A DNA stretch of 64,000 nucleotides, taken from contig CM120643.1 in assembly GCA_051362555.1 (NCBI GenBank), positions 3,410,001-3,474,000 on the forward strand. The letters run 5' to 3'. Position numbers and translations under genes: made by a program. Origin of the DNA: Lingula anatina. Taxonomy: Eukaryota > Animalia > Brachiopoda. Position 1 is the stretch's first letter, and every line of letters starts with the position of its first letter. Shown piece by piece: positions 36,396 to 48,463 of the stretch. The notes beneath the pieces are model-generated. The model saw nothing but the letters and a program-made list of their open reading frames with translations. It did no database searches and was not told where the DNA came from.

Positions 36396-37766
36396 CTATT
36401 GTTTAACAGATCGGCAAACCGCCGCAAAATGACCCATTTTCCTACAATTAAAACATTGTTTGTTTTTAGCTCTACATTTGTTTGGAGGATGGTACTCACC
36501 ACAATAACTGCATCTTGCTTCTCTTCTGCGCCAACTCTGCCATGGCCTAAAATTTCTGTTCGGAAGGTTAGATGGTCTTCCTCCCTTCTGAAAGTAAACT
36601 TGTTGCGAATTAGATTTGTCTGTGCTATTTGCAACACTAACCTCTGCATTTTCACACTTCAGGTTTTGAAATATGTCAATCATTTTATGTAAACTATTCT
36701 CTACTACTTTCTCAATGCTGTGCTCAAGTGCACTTACAGTAGCTGAACTATTTTCCTTGACAGCATTTTCTGCTAAGACTGAAGATTTTATCAAGTCATT
36801 AATTGATCTTGGATTTTGCTGCACCACTATTGTTTTAATGCTACTATCTAAACCATTTATGATAGCCATTTTGAGATGTTCTTCGGGAAGATTTGTGTCT
36901 TTCCCTAGATTTATCATTTTTGCAATATAGTCTTGTACATTTTCACAATTTTGCTTCAAAGAAAATAAATGAACCATTTTGGCTCTGATAGATAGATTTT
37001 TTTCACCATATCTCTGTTTGAAATGTGTTACTAAAGAATCAAAATTATTTTTCACATTGTCTTCCAAAGACAGAAACCATTGTCTTGCTTTTCCAGTCAT
37101 AAAAAATTGAAAAAGTGACACTTTCTGTTCATTTGAATATTTCATTAGTGTACAATATTGAATGTACTTCTCTATCCATTCCCTTCCATTTTCACAACTT
37201 TCTCCTTGAAATGGCAGTGGGCTTACATGTTGAGGAATTGTAATAACAACAGAATTGTTTATCTGTTGCTCTCTATTCGTTGACTGGCTAGCTGATGATG
37301 TATGGGGAACTTCTCGACTTGCTGTTGTGGTTAGGAGATTGTCATAAAGTGGAAAATGTCTCGTAGCTGTTGTTACTTCTGGGGTCTGATGAACACTTGC
37401 CCGCATAGAGGTTCCTTGATCACTTGGATGCCATGGGAACTGCTGGCTCTCTGTACTCATTGCCTTTGGACGTACAATCGGATTCATGGTGTAGTTTTCC
37501 ATCACTGCAGTTGGTTTGCTGATACCAGTAGCTTGCAGTGGAGAATGCTGTCTGCTTGGTGTTATAGTTACTGAACTCGTGTAAATTGGCGACATCATAG
37601 CATCTGGTATTAATTTTGCTGCCTTTGTGCTTTCTGGATTTTTATCATTTTCATTCTCTCCGACATCTTCATTGATAGTTCTCAATTTATCTTTTATGAT
37701 GTCTCTTTCCATTTTTCTGGCAGCTGATGTATAACTTCGTGTTTCTTTAGGAGAATATTTTTTCAT
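36396..37766 (-). CDS. gag: Gypsy gag (456 aa)
   Basis: Capsid-like region (FQG..EWIEKY..GKARQWF..LKQ..VQDY) and C-terminal zinc knuckles CSYCGEYH..C and CFNCRKMGHFAAVC; lies directly upstream of pol. Confidence 0.93.
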   Translation of the reverse strand: MKKYSPKETRSYTSAARKMERDIIKDKLRTINEDVGENENDKNPESTKAAKLIPDAMMSPIYTSSVTITPSRQHSPLQATGISKPTAVMENYTMNPIVRPKAMSTESQQFPWHPSDQGTSMRASVHQTPEVTTATRHFPLYDNLLTTTASREVPHTSSASQSTNREQQINNSVVITIPQHVSPLPFQGESCENGREWIEKYIQYCTLMKYSNEQKVSLFQFFMTGKARQWFLSLEDNVKNNFDSLVTHFKQRYGEKNLSIRAKMVHLFSLKQNCENVQDYIAKMINLGKDTNLPEEHLKMAIINGLDSSIKTIVVQQNPRSINDLIKSSVLAENAVKENSSATVSALEHSIEKVVENSLHKMIDIFQNLKCENAEVSVANSTDKSNSQQVYFQKGGRPSNLPNRNFRPWQSWRRREARCSYCGEYHPPNKCRAKNKQCFNCRKMGHFAAVCRSVKQ

Positions 37767-37812
37767 TGTGAAAGTCTGGGATCTTCCTTTTAAACAATAT
37801 TATTAAAAGTTT

Positions 37813-37825
37813 GGTACCTCCACCA
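37813..37825 (-). other. Primer-binding site, probably tRNA-Ala
   Basis: Minus strand TGGTGGAGGTACC two nt after the 5' LTR; complementary to the ...ACCUCCACCA 3' end typical of eukaryotic tRNA-Ala. Confidence 0.75.
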
Positions 37826-37827
37826 AT

Positions 37828-38117
37828 TTATCAATGTGCGATGTCGGAGTAGTTATAAGAGACAACACAAACAACGTCTTCAGTTCCAAATCGTAAAGTT
37901 CCTTTATTTTTCTTTGAATCAAATTTTATATTATATTACCAGACAAAATAACATTTTTTAATGTTTATTTTTTTTTTATTTCTCTTGAGAAAATCTAGAA
38001 GGCAACTCTCACACCATACCTATTACATTCCAACGCATCTTTGACTTTGCTTTCATTTAGGTATGTGGGAAAAGAAAACCTTCTAGTATCTCATCTTCGA
38101 AATAACAATATCATAAT
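37828..38117 (-). repeat. 5' LTR of the Gypsy element
   Basis: Direct repeat of 16808-17098. Confidence 0.95.
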
Positions 38118-38196
38118 GTTACCCCTAAGATTATGCATTTAAATTGTCTTAACACTTGGACAATGTACACTTTTTTTTTTCTTATAGGCAGACAAT

Positions 38197-39503
38197 ATGA
38201 CCACAGTGTGGAAGTTAGCTATCAAGAAAAACTCCACTAAACTGATGAAAGACATGGAGGTTTTAGAAATGATTCCATATTTGTATGAAAACAATATCCT
38301 CACTGATCATCAGCATGATCACATACAAAATGCTACTGGGAGAGAAACTCAGGGTAAGATTCTTCTTGGTTATATACTGAGGAAGGACCCTGCATTGGAT
38401 CCCTTCGGACATTTCATTTGTGCCCTCCAGTGTACAAACCAAAATCATTTGGCACAAGGTCTGATCAATTCATACAACTGGCTAGAACAAGAAGGCTATG
38501 GAAATATGGATATTCCAGAAGAAATTCTTAATGATCCTTGCATATGTAACTTTGAATCCATGAGTCTTTTGTATGGCCATCAGAGGGTTTCATGCAACTG
38601 CTCACTCATAATCAAAACCACGAAGAAGGTTCTGAAATGTATTCAGTTTCTTATCACATTTTTATTGGCATTTCTGCTTTCATTATTTACATATAAGCAC
38701 ATTATCAAACCACCTGCAGCAAGTTCCTGTTCATTGAGGAAATTTAAATACACTCCCTTCAAAATATTAAGGCAATTCTTTCACTCCATAGCCCTGCAGG
38801 TATATGACCATTTGATTGAACCTCTGGTTTTGAGCTCGAACTCACAGTGTTTAGTTTATCTCCTTCATTTGGTTGGGTACAACTCGGCTTATATTTATTT
38901 TCCCTTTATAATAATGACACCAGTAGCATTCCTCATATACATATGCATTACTATCGCTTTCATGCTTAGCGGAACATGCAGAGCCTCAACATGTACCTAT
39001 AGACAATGTCCAGTAACATCTAAGAGATTTTACAGGTAATTATGATATGTGTCGCTGTGGTCTTTATTCCTAAAGCACTTGAAGAAGTTAAAACAATGAC
39101 AGCTGTAGTTTTACCACCAATTACACTTGTTTTGATTATGGTCTTTGCCATGGTCAGTTTACTTCTGACCCTCTTCCCAATATTTTCTTTATCCATAATG
39201 AACATATGTTCTCTGGTATGTGTGGGTGTTGAATATGGGTACTTCTTTAATAAATCATTGTTTCTTTCAAGCTATCCACTGCTGTACATTGTGATATGTT
39301 CCATTTTAGTGTCAGGTATTGATGGCTCACGACATACATATGTCTCATTAAGACATTTAAGTTCTATATTCACATGTGATGACCAAAATTTTCTCCTAGT
39401 CTTAAGCAGAATATGGTTCTTTATGCTGGTTTTATTTGCATATACATGTATACTTGCACCGAAATATTTTTCTGATCTTTGTCAACTAAAGTCCTTCCTT
39501 TAA
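38197..39503 (+). pseudogene. CARD domain + multi-pass transmembrane protein, split into two ORFs by an apparent 1-nt deletion near 39021-39024
   Basis: N-terminal ~90 aa fit a CARD (IKKN..L..M.V..MIPYLYENNILT..H..I..T...Q...LL.YI.RK..F..F..AL..TNQ.HLA..L). About 6-7 hydrophobic segments across ORFs 38197-39039 and 39042-39503. Adding one A (TCT AAA GAG) joins them into ~435 aa. Strong acceptor poly-T..CTTATAG ends at 38187. Confidence 0.7.
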
Positions 39504-40931
39504 AGATGCATATGAAGTCAAATTTTTGCCACAAAAGCCAACCAAATGCCAGCATACAGTTTCAAGTAGTATATCTTAGAGAATTACCAAAAGGCATCGT
39601 TTAATTTTACCCAAAAAACATATTTTACTAGTAACAGATTTTTCTTCTAGCATTCTTTGCTGTATATCAATGAAGCAGAAAGGTAGGTCACAAAAGTAGG
39701 TTAAATTTCTGACCAAAAATTTAAAGAAAGGAGCAGTCTAAAGCTCTTTTATCGCTGATTGAGTGATTTTTTAGTTTATCCCTTGGCAAGGCGAATTTAT
39801 TTTAAGTCGTACAAATGTATAAGAAACTAATAGAAGTGGTTTATTCATGTTACTGGGAATCCACGCTCCACTGACGCTCTGCTCACTTGTTTCAATCAGT
39901 TCATTATCCTTGTTATATCACATGCTTCCTTTCCAAGGTAAAACATGGCAATGCACATATATAAAGTTAGAACTGTTATGAAAACATGTACAATGCCTTT
40001 TTTGTTATAAAACTGATGAAATTTACAATTCATTAAACTGGCCTACCACTGATTAATCTTGTATCAAAGTACTGTAGACTAAAATGTTGGTTTAAAAATT
40101 CAAACCAACTTTTAGGCCAAAGTTAGGCAGGTGTTTTTTAATTATTAGTTTCTCAAACTCAGCCAACCTCAAAATGGACAAAATGGAAAAAAATATAATA
40201 AAATTGAGCCCAAAAATATTTTGAACAATTAGTTTCTGAATCAGTGGTGTACCATGTTATCAAATTATGTAACTCCTGTAACAGAAGACATGCATATACA
40301 TCCACATTGTGTTTTAGTTTTCTGGAAACCAACCTCTTTATGTTTCATATATCAGTATTTCTATAATTATTTCACTTAAGAAATAACAAGAACATATACT
40401 GGCTAAATACTGATAATGTAAAGAGGGCGATTAGAAGAAAATCCTGAAACACAGGCGGTATGAATGATATCTCATCCCAACTCAAGAAATAAGGTACTGT
40501 AAAGTGTTGTCCAAGATCACAACCATACTCTAATTAACATCACAATACTACATGCATCATGATAGCATTGTGATGCTTATTAGAATATTGTTTAAGTTAC
40601 GCATTTTGTAAACTTGCCCATCACATCTGAATATTGATCTTTATAATGTTTTATTTATTTATTTATTTATTTATTTATGTTTTTGTCTTCTCTGACGTTA
40701 AAAAGGCAAATTAAAGTATCAGGGTAAATTAATTGTAAATCAAAGACACTGTATTCTTTTACAATAGGCAAAATTATCAGATAATTTTGTCCATGTTTTT
40801 TACTGGTAATTAAGGCATTACATTTTGATCCTTATGGACCACACAACACCGAGTCAGCCAAATGATCAAGGCCCTTTGATTTTATGTACTTAAATAACCT
40901 GAAAGCACACCAATAAACTAAGTTTATTTAC

Positions 40932-41013
40932 CTGATCATAATGGTTTCTTCCAAAAGAAGTTGGAGCTCAGGCAAATTAGAGGATCCACTGTATAGTCCC
41001 AGCCAAAATTATT
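40932..41013 (-). pseudogene. SMARCAL1: Orphan, frameshifted SMARCAL1 exon (NNFGWD-YSGSSNLPELQLLLEETIMIR)
   Basis: Flanked by TTTTCAG and GTAAAT. Matches the conserved WDYSGSSNLxELxLLL..MxR segment that precedes RLKxDVL. An extra TA (GAC TA TAC AGT) shifts the frame. Ends in phase 2, the phase needed by exon 48118. Confidence 0.85.
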
Positions 41014-41397
41014 CTGAAAATATTACAGAAATTACTCACCAGATCTGAACAAAACTGATCATTGACAATCGCATTTTCCAGGACAATATTAGTATTATGT
41101 TTGGTGAAATACATATAACACTGGGTCCTGTGTAAAGGTGGCAAATATGAACGCGTAAATTGAATTTTTTTACAAGTATGCCATAAGCAAGCTCATATAA
41201 CAGAAAACTTATGTGAAGCATCTGAGGGCATTTGAATAATGGGAGTTATTACTAAATGCCATTAGAAAATGTAACTAGAAGTGTTGTCTATGTAAATAAT
41301 TGTGCACATCTTATGCCATTTTACAATGATTTTTTAATTTGTGTGATAAAATTGTTCTGTTTACATCTTATGCCATTTCATAATGCTTTTGTATGAT

Positions 41398-41399
<2 letters not shown>

Positions 41400-41444
<45 letters not shown>
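41400..41444. repeat. Poly-T tract (~45 nt)
   Basis: Seen directly. Confidence 0.9.
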
Positions 41445-41446
<2 letters not shown>

Positions 41447-44124
41447 ATTAATGGTCATATGTAATTACTTGTATTATAAAATTACTATAATTATCATGAA
41501 TTTATTATAAATTTCATATCTACTCTAACTCGGACTACGTATAAATCTAGAAAGTACTACCTGGTGTGTAAGATAAGTAAATACTGTGATGTTCAAGATG
41601 CAAATATATTCACTGAAAGTTGATGGTTGAACTAGCTCTTGAAAACAAAGATGACCTTGTAAAATATCAGCTCTAAAGTTCCATGTTAAAGCTGACCAAG
41701 CCAGTAACAAGTCTGTTACTTTATTAATTATCACTATATATCATTTTTAGTAGTAGAGTTACTCATAATATTTAGGCATATTAGTTGGAAAAGATTTGCA
41801 ATTGGTATACATGTAATATTATACACAATGATCAAAATGAATTAAGAACAGGTGTAGGAGAGAATCAGATATACCAGTACAACTTAGTAACTACTGTATC
41901 AGTATATATATTTTCAAATTGGCTAAAATCAGACAAATTGCTGGCATGACTAATGTGCTGTATGGCTTTGTTGTACATGTTATACATATATATTGTATAT
42001 TTGTTATGTGCATTGATTCACATGTGCATATAATGCTGAATTTCTTGATGATGATCGACACAGCTCTGGGACAAATAAGCAGTAGTCCTGAATACCTTTT
42101 TAGTGCATTTATTTATTTATTTACTCAAAAATTAGATGATAGTCATGTACCATGTGTCCGAGAAAAAAGAAAATTACAAAATGGATGGATACAAAATTCA
42201 GATCACAGTCAACATTGAAAAAGTTTCAATTTTTTTTTTTTTCATAAATGTTCACTTTGATAAGTGACCAGTTGCCAAAGATTTGTAAAATTTAGGTTCT
42301 GAGACTCTGGCAGTGAATAGGGGACATCTTTTCTGGCATTTTTACTTGAATTTTTATGAAAATTTCTGTGGCATTTATATTATTTTCAAGTCGATTAACT
42401 TAGCAATGAATTAATTTTTTTCATGTGGTCAGTCACAAGTATAAGGTAAAAAAAATCACAAAAAAGTCAGGATTAGTGAACTGCACATACATTATGTACC
42501 CTATTCTTATTAAAAGTGTGATCATTATACTGGAAACCTTGGCTTCAGTGTCATCATTAGTATGGGATTTTATTTGTAAATGCTGCTTAATCATGTATTA
42601 TTTTCATAATGTTAAGACTGCCTTTTAGTTTGTATCTTTGCAACCCCACAAACAAAATTTGTGCAAAATTGTTTGTAAATAAAAACTTTTTCTGACTCAT
42701 TGCATCAAAATGTTTAGGATGATGAGTCGTATCAAATATTTGATATATAACTTTTATCCCTTAGGTCAAAACATTTATAACAGGCAACAATATGTTACAT
42801 TGTTAGTATAGTGGGGTTATATAATAAATGCGGCCTTGTTTGGCCAAATATCGACCAACCAATATTCTTTGTTCCCTTCTTTCTGGTTGTGAATGGAATT
42901 ATGAAAGTTTGTGGTGCACTAGGAAGGAGGAGGAGACATAAAGGATATAGACTGGACCTGTAGAGGCTAGATCTGTATTTATGGACCCGACAAAATATGT
43001 ATTTGAATCTAAATGTTCTGTGGTTTACATTATATTACCCAACTTTTTATCTATAAAATACTTTTTCTTTTCTAATAACATTTTGCATATTTACAAACTT
43101 CCTGTAGGAATCATTTTCAACCCATTGTAATTCCTCATTTTGTTTTCCCTTATTTTTCATTCCACATACGTGTAGTGCAGCAGAATAATTTTTTTTACAC
43201 ATATGCAAGCAAGGAATTTGCAAAATGCTGTAACAAAATGTATCGTGATTTGCAGTTTATCTTTTTTGTTGCATTTGTCCAAAATTTGAATTAATTTTAA
43301 TTAGAATTTCTCATCTGTGCTCAGTATGGCTATTATACTGACTACAGATGCATTGGTAATCCAATTAAATTTTTTTTTCGGAAAACAAGACTTGGTACTA
43401 ACAGAATAACAGTGAGTAGTCCTTTTATGGTTTCACAGTTATTTCATTTTAATTAAAAAATTATAGAAAATGAAAAATCATTTCTCATTATATGCTTTTT
43501 TTTCATAGGTCACAATTTTAATATCATGTAAACTAATATTAAATAAAACAACTTTTCTTTACGAGCTGGTTTTATTTTGACTTCTGTCCGGTAAATTTGA
43601 CTTTTTATCTCTCTTTTGTGGATGATTGTTGGAAACAAAGTAGTCAAGTAATGAATATCAACACAAGCAGAATGTAGCTAAACAAGTAATAAAACAGATC
43701 CAGACATTTTCTGACAGTCTTCCCAATTATCTGTGTTGATCCAGCCTCCATTTTGCTGTCAATGTAAACTTAATCTAACTTTGATTGTCCTCCCTTCGCC
43801 CCTGTAGAGTTTAACTAAATAACCTCCTAATTTTAAACATCGTGCTCTTAGGTAACATGCCAACAAATTGCAATATGGCACCGTGGTTCACAACCTGACA
43901 CTCCTACCAAGTACCTCCCCCCCACCTCCCCCCTCGAGTTCCAGAGGTCACAAGGAAACCCATTCCATGACAACGTTTGTGTTAACATCTCTGCCCTCCT
44001 TGAATACTCCAAAGGCCCCCTGTATTCTTAACATACAGATATGTCAGCAGTCTCCTTTATTACACTGCATCATTAAGGTGATATTTGCCCTATTTCCTGG
44101 TTCTGTCCTTAGGCTGCCAGTTGT

Positions 44125-47100
44125 TCACCTTTCGCTGTGGGCTACTTTCACTTTTTTCTCCACAGGTTCGTCCCATTCTTTGTCAAGTTCGTCCAGCCAG
44201 TCACCCGTTAGCTCTTCATCCACACTCATTACACTGTCTTCATCCTTCAGTCTCTCTGTTGCCAGTTGTTCCCCCTTTACAGTGCTCCCCTTGCTGCCAT
44301 TTGATACAAACTGTAGCATGCTTCTTTGACCTCTAGGATGTTCAGATTTTTGATTGGATGAAGATGCCAGGGTTTGATTGTTGGTGGCACCTTTGTCATG
44401 AACCTGTGGAATGTCACTTTCCTCCATAAATGATTCTTCAAAATAGGAGAGGATATCTTTCTGTTTCTTGTCCTACAACAGCAAATGATGATGCATTTAT
44501 AATTTTTTTTCTTTATGAAATACTATTACAGTATAAAATAAGCATTGAAGACAGAATCTACTGGAATAAATGTAAATGAAAGGCTGCTTTTCTTTTAATT
44601 ATCAAATGTCTTCATTGCCTGTGTTTTACAAAAAGTTTCCTTTTCTTACAAAGTTTGTTTGCCTTATATGCAAGCTCATTTCTAATTTATATGAAAGAGA
44701 CCACTGGTGATAACAAAAAAATTCACTACATGTCAAAGTACGACATATCCAGATTCTAACTCAAAATTATTTTATTTCTATGACTGAATATTTTCTCATT
44801 TCAAACAATTACTATTTTGGGCTACCTTAAGAACTGTAGTGTCTGCCTCAGAAAAGTCTTCCTTGCTCAGACCAACCTTGCCCAGCACTGACAGCTTCTT
44901 CTGTACTAAAGGCCTGAAACAGTAGGAGACTCATTATCCAGGGACAGTCATTTTGTTCTACTAGTTAAATTAAAAATGTTTCTTTTCCTTCCAAAAGATT
45001 TCAATAACATCAAAACTGACACTTACCAAATATAATCATCTGCCGTCTTCTGTGCCACCAGGTAGTGAATGTTGACCGAGTCCTGCTGTCCAATACGATG
45101 ACAGCGATCTTCTGCCTGAACCAGAATCTGAAAAGATTGGCTACATTATTGTGATCAAAAGAAAACACGACTGGTTCTTATATTGTAAATGTGAATGGTT
45201 TCTTTGAGTTGGACAGATAATCTATAATGTTATTAAAACTTATTAATTGACAAGCCTTTTGGCAATCAGGACCTAAGAGTGGGCTAGTGTTACATACTAC
45301 ATATTAACTTAAAAGTAAACTTTTTACTAGCCTGGCGCCTCTCTGGCTAGTGCTTTATATGGTGCTAATTAGTGTTATAAGGAAATACCCTGCTCACCAA
45401 AACATACGTAATTTGTTACTAGACATACACAAATACAACCAGAGAAACAAATCCACTAAACCTTTTACGCGGGCACACACACACAGAACAGTGGACTAAC
45501 TAGTCTTTGGGTCTAGTATGGCCAACCCACTTGAATTCTTCCCCACAGGGTATCTATTCAGTATCTATTAGCAGATTAGACGGCAAGCTTTGTAGTGGGT
45601 CGCCACATTTGACCCTTGGACTTCTTAGCCCCCTATTCTGAATGGAGCCATAGACTTACCCCTGGATTCCAGAAGAGTTCAGCAAACACCACCAGGGCAG
45701 TGCTAGTGAGGTTCAGACCAGCGTTGGCAGCAGTGATGGACAATATGGCAACCATGACATCATCACGGGTCTGGAACTTCTGGCAGAAAAAGTTACGCTG
45801 CTCTGGATTAGTCTTCCCATCAATTCTAATGTAGCCATACCTCTGGATACAAAAAATATAATTTAAAAGCATAAAAACAAGTGTGGAAATACTGCTGCAG
45901 TGTATATGGCAAACTAAGCTGCAGATGACTTTTGAATAAATTTATGATGGAAGGGGGGGGGGAATATTTCAGTATTATACTTAATGTATTGTGGTACAAC
46001 TAAATTGTTTTTTAAAACATTACACATTTCGTGAACCTATGAAGCAGCACAATATTTTTACATAAAACTGTTCACTTTTTTTACATTAAATTAAAGCTGC
46101 ACCTTACGGAGCTTTTAGCCACTCTGTAGCCTTCCAGTGCTACTATGTGTTACTATGAGTGAAACTACTGCTGTTTGGTAAATACCTCTTTCCTCACTGC
46201 TTCTTCTAAGGCATCTAGCACCTCTTTATGGTGGGCAAACACCAGGAACTTGTGGCCGCTTTCCAGTAGGTCTATCACATAATCTCTACAGGTAAATAAT
46301 AATTATAATAAAATATTGTAATAAATAAAATGCAATGGCAATTAACATTACAATTTTCATTACACAATAATAAAAATTCATTCAGCTAAAACATTAGAAA
46401 CTGATTTCCTTAAACACACCAAAGCTAAAAATATAAAGCAATGAATAAATACAAAGTAAAGGAAATGATAATACAGAATTAAAAATTGTAACCATTGAAG
46501 AAACAAAATAGCAATAAAACTGTGGAAAGAAATAAGTATAAATTCTAACCTCAATTGGTAACTCTGTGGAATGCCATTCACGCAAAAAATGCAGACGTCA
46601 ATTCAACAATCTATCGGCACTATTTAACAGCCAAAGTTCTATATAACTCAATTCAGAGTTTCACCTTAGTATAACTTACTTGCAAATCTATGCAAATTAT
46701 TACTCTACCAAAATTTTTATCTACATAAGTAACCTAATTAACATATCATACTTTAAATGTGATGTCTTAACAATTATATTTATTTTACCTGGCAGCTTTC
46801 ACTTTTGCCTGTCCTGTGTCATGGAAATATGTCAATAAAAAGCCATGGCGGTCAGACCCCTATAATAAAAAAAAATGCAACAGTTTGCATAAACATCATT
46901 ATAACATTTTTAGTTACCGGGTATGCTAATCGGAATTTTCCATGAAAAAAATGATTTTCTCTTAATATAGTACAGTGACTGTCAATGTAACTCACAAATC
47001 ATTGCTTGATCTGTTCCTGCACTTGGATTCTGTGTTTTATACCATTTTAATGAAATGATTTTGTTTTCAAATGCATTTTAGAAGGAAGTATTGACATTTG

Positions 47101-48118
47101 GTACTTTCACTTGTAGAGGTTTACTAGACTAAGTCATGTTGTTTTTAAGGTCAAATTGGGATATTTAATTTAACAGTTTTGCAGGATATGTAGACACAGA
47201 AAATTTGACTTTGAGACAGTTACAAAAGAAGAAAGTGAATGTACATTTATTCAATACTTAAATTTAGTGAAAATTCAGCATTCGTTTAGGTAATACAATG
47301 GTACTGTAACATCTTATATATATTTAATACATCTAGCATCAAGTGTATGCTATACATAAAGCGTATATCTTTCTAGGTCAGTTTGAGCAGGTACGTTACT
47401 GATAAAAGCACACCTGCTGTAAAATTTTCATCCCCTATTTATAGTACACAGTATACAACATCACTACTTGTAAACAGGTGACAGACAAACCGACAGTATT
47501 CATTATTTCATACATGCAGTGAAGGTTTACTCTCTTTAAAACTGAAGGTGGGTTTTTATATTTTGTTACAGGCATACGTTCAATTTGTCTGTTTATAATT
47601 TTTACAGGCATACGTTCAATTTGTCTGTTTATAATTTTTAAATTATAAACAGACAAATTGAACGTATGCCTGTAACAAATATAGAACTTAGACTCGTTGA
47701 CTAAGGGAAATTGTTTAAAAACAATTTCCCTTAGTCAACGAGTCTAAGTTCTATATTTACCACAAGTAAACTGTTTTCATTTCCAATATGAGACAAATAC
47801 TTGCAACTATGATTTCAATTTCAGAGACGTGTGTCTTTTAATAATATGGAAAATCCAACCATAAGAAGGCACACAAATCTAAACAGGGGTGTTGGGGGCA
47901 TAAATATAACCCAAATTACCCAATTTCCAGATAAATCTTGAGGACTTTCTTCTCTTACATACATGAAAGCTTGAAAATAATTCACCTTGATTTTGTTTGA
48001 ATCCAGCAACATTGCAGAAGACTTGAGATTCTTGTCAATCTTCACAAGCTCTGGGTCCAAAACTATCATCTGCCGTCTCTTAGCAGGTAACTGCTGTAAC
48101 ACATCCTTCTTCAGGCGT
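44125..48118 (-). CDS. SMARCAL1: SMARCAL1 (SNF2-family annealing helicase), last seven coding exons; 5' exons not found in the window
   Basis: Exons 48118-47986, 46859-46789, 46285-46186, 45842-45660, 45127-45027, 44913-44826, 44472-44125; GT-AG, phase-consistent. [76 protein letters not shown]. The short C-terminus without HNH/NZF favours SMARCAL1 over ZRANB3. Confidence 0.93.
47562..47758. repeat. Short tandem duplication followed by two adjacent perfect palindromes
   Basis: 47602-47675 (36-bp arms, 2-nt loop) and 47677-47758 (40-bp arms, 2-nt loop); the left arm of the first is also duplicated in tandem just upstream. Confidence 0.95.
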
Positions 48119-48463
48119 CTGAAATAAAGTAAATAAGTGAAATGGTATTTATATTAAATAAAATAAATGGGATTGTATACAGGTAAATCTAATCTTAAGA
48201 TTTTAATCACTTAGACTAAGTTGAACAAGGAAATAAATATCTGATATCAGGTCACCGTGGTGTTAATATTGAAAATGACACTTAAACAGGCAACTGCTAC
48301 CCAACCATCATTTGGAAGACCATTGGCTTCAAAAGACAGCCTCTATTTCCAAAGACAGCTGGGAGGCTTACTAATAAAAAAATAATAATAATAAGTTGTG
48401 TGGTTGGTTTGGCTTACTGGGGTTGGACTCTCTGTAAATTGATGACCATTAAATTTACATACG

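Larger units (their letters stand above)
16808..38117 (-). mobile_element. Gypsy (Metaviridae) LTR retrotransposon with chromodomain-like integrase tail; ~7.7 kb native, interrupted by a 13.6-kb insertion
   Basis: Two ~290-bp LTRs, PBS, PPT, gag, and pol in Gypsy order PR-RT-RH-IN. Confidence 0.97.

Noticed and set aside
43868-44336. Plus-strand ORFs of 153 and 83 aa
   Set aside because: Antisense to the SMARCAL1 last exon and 3' UTR; low complexity with no domain.
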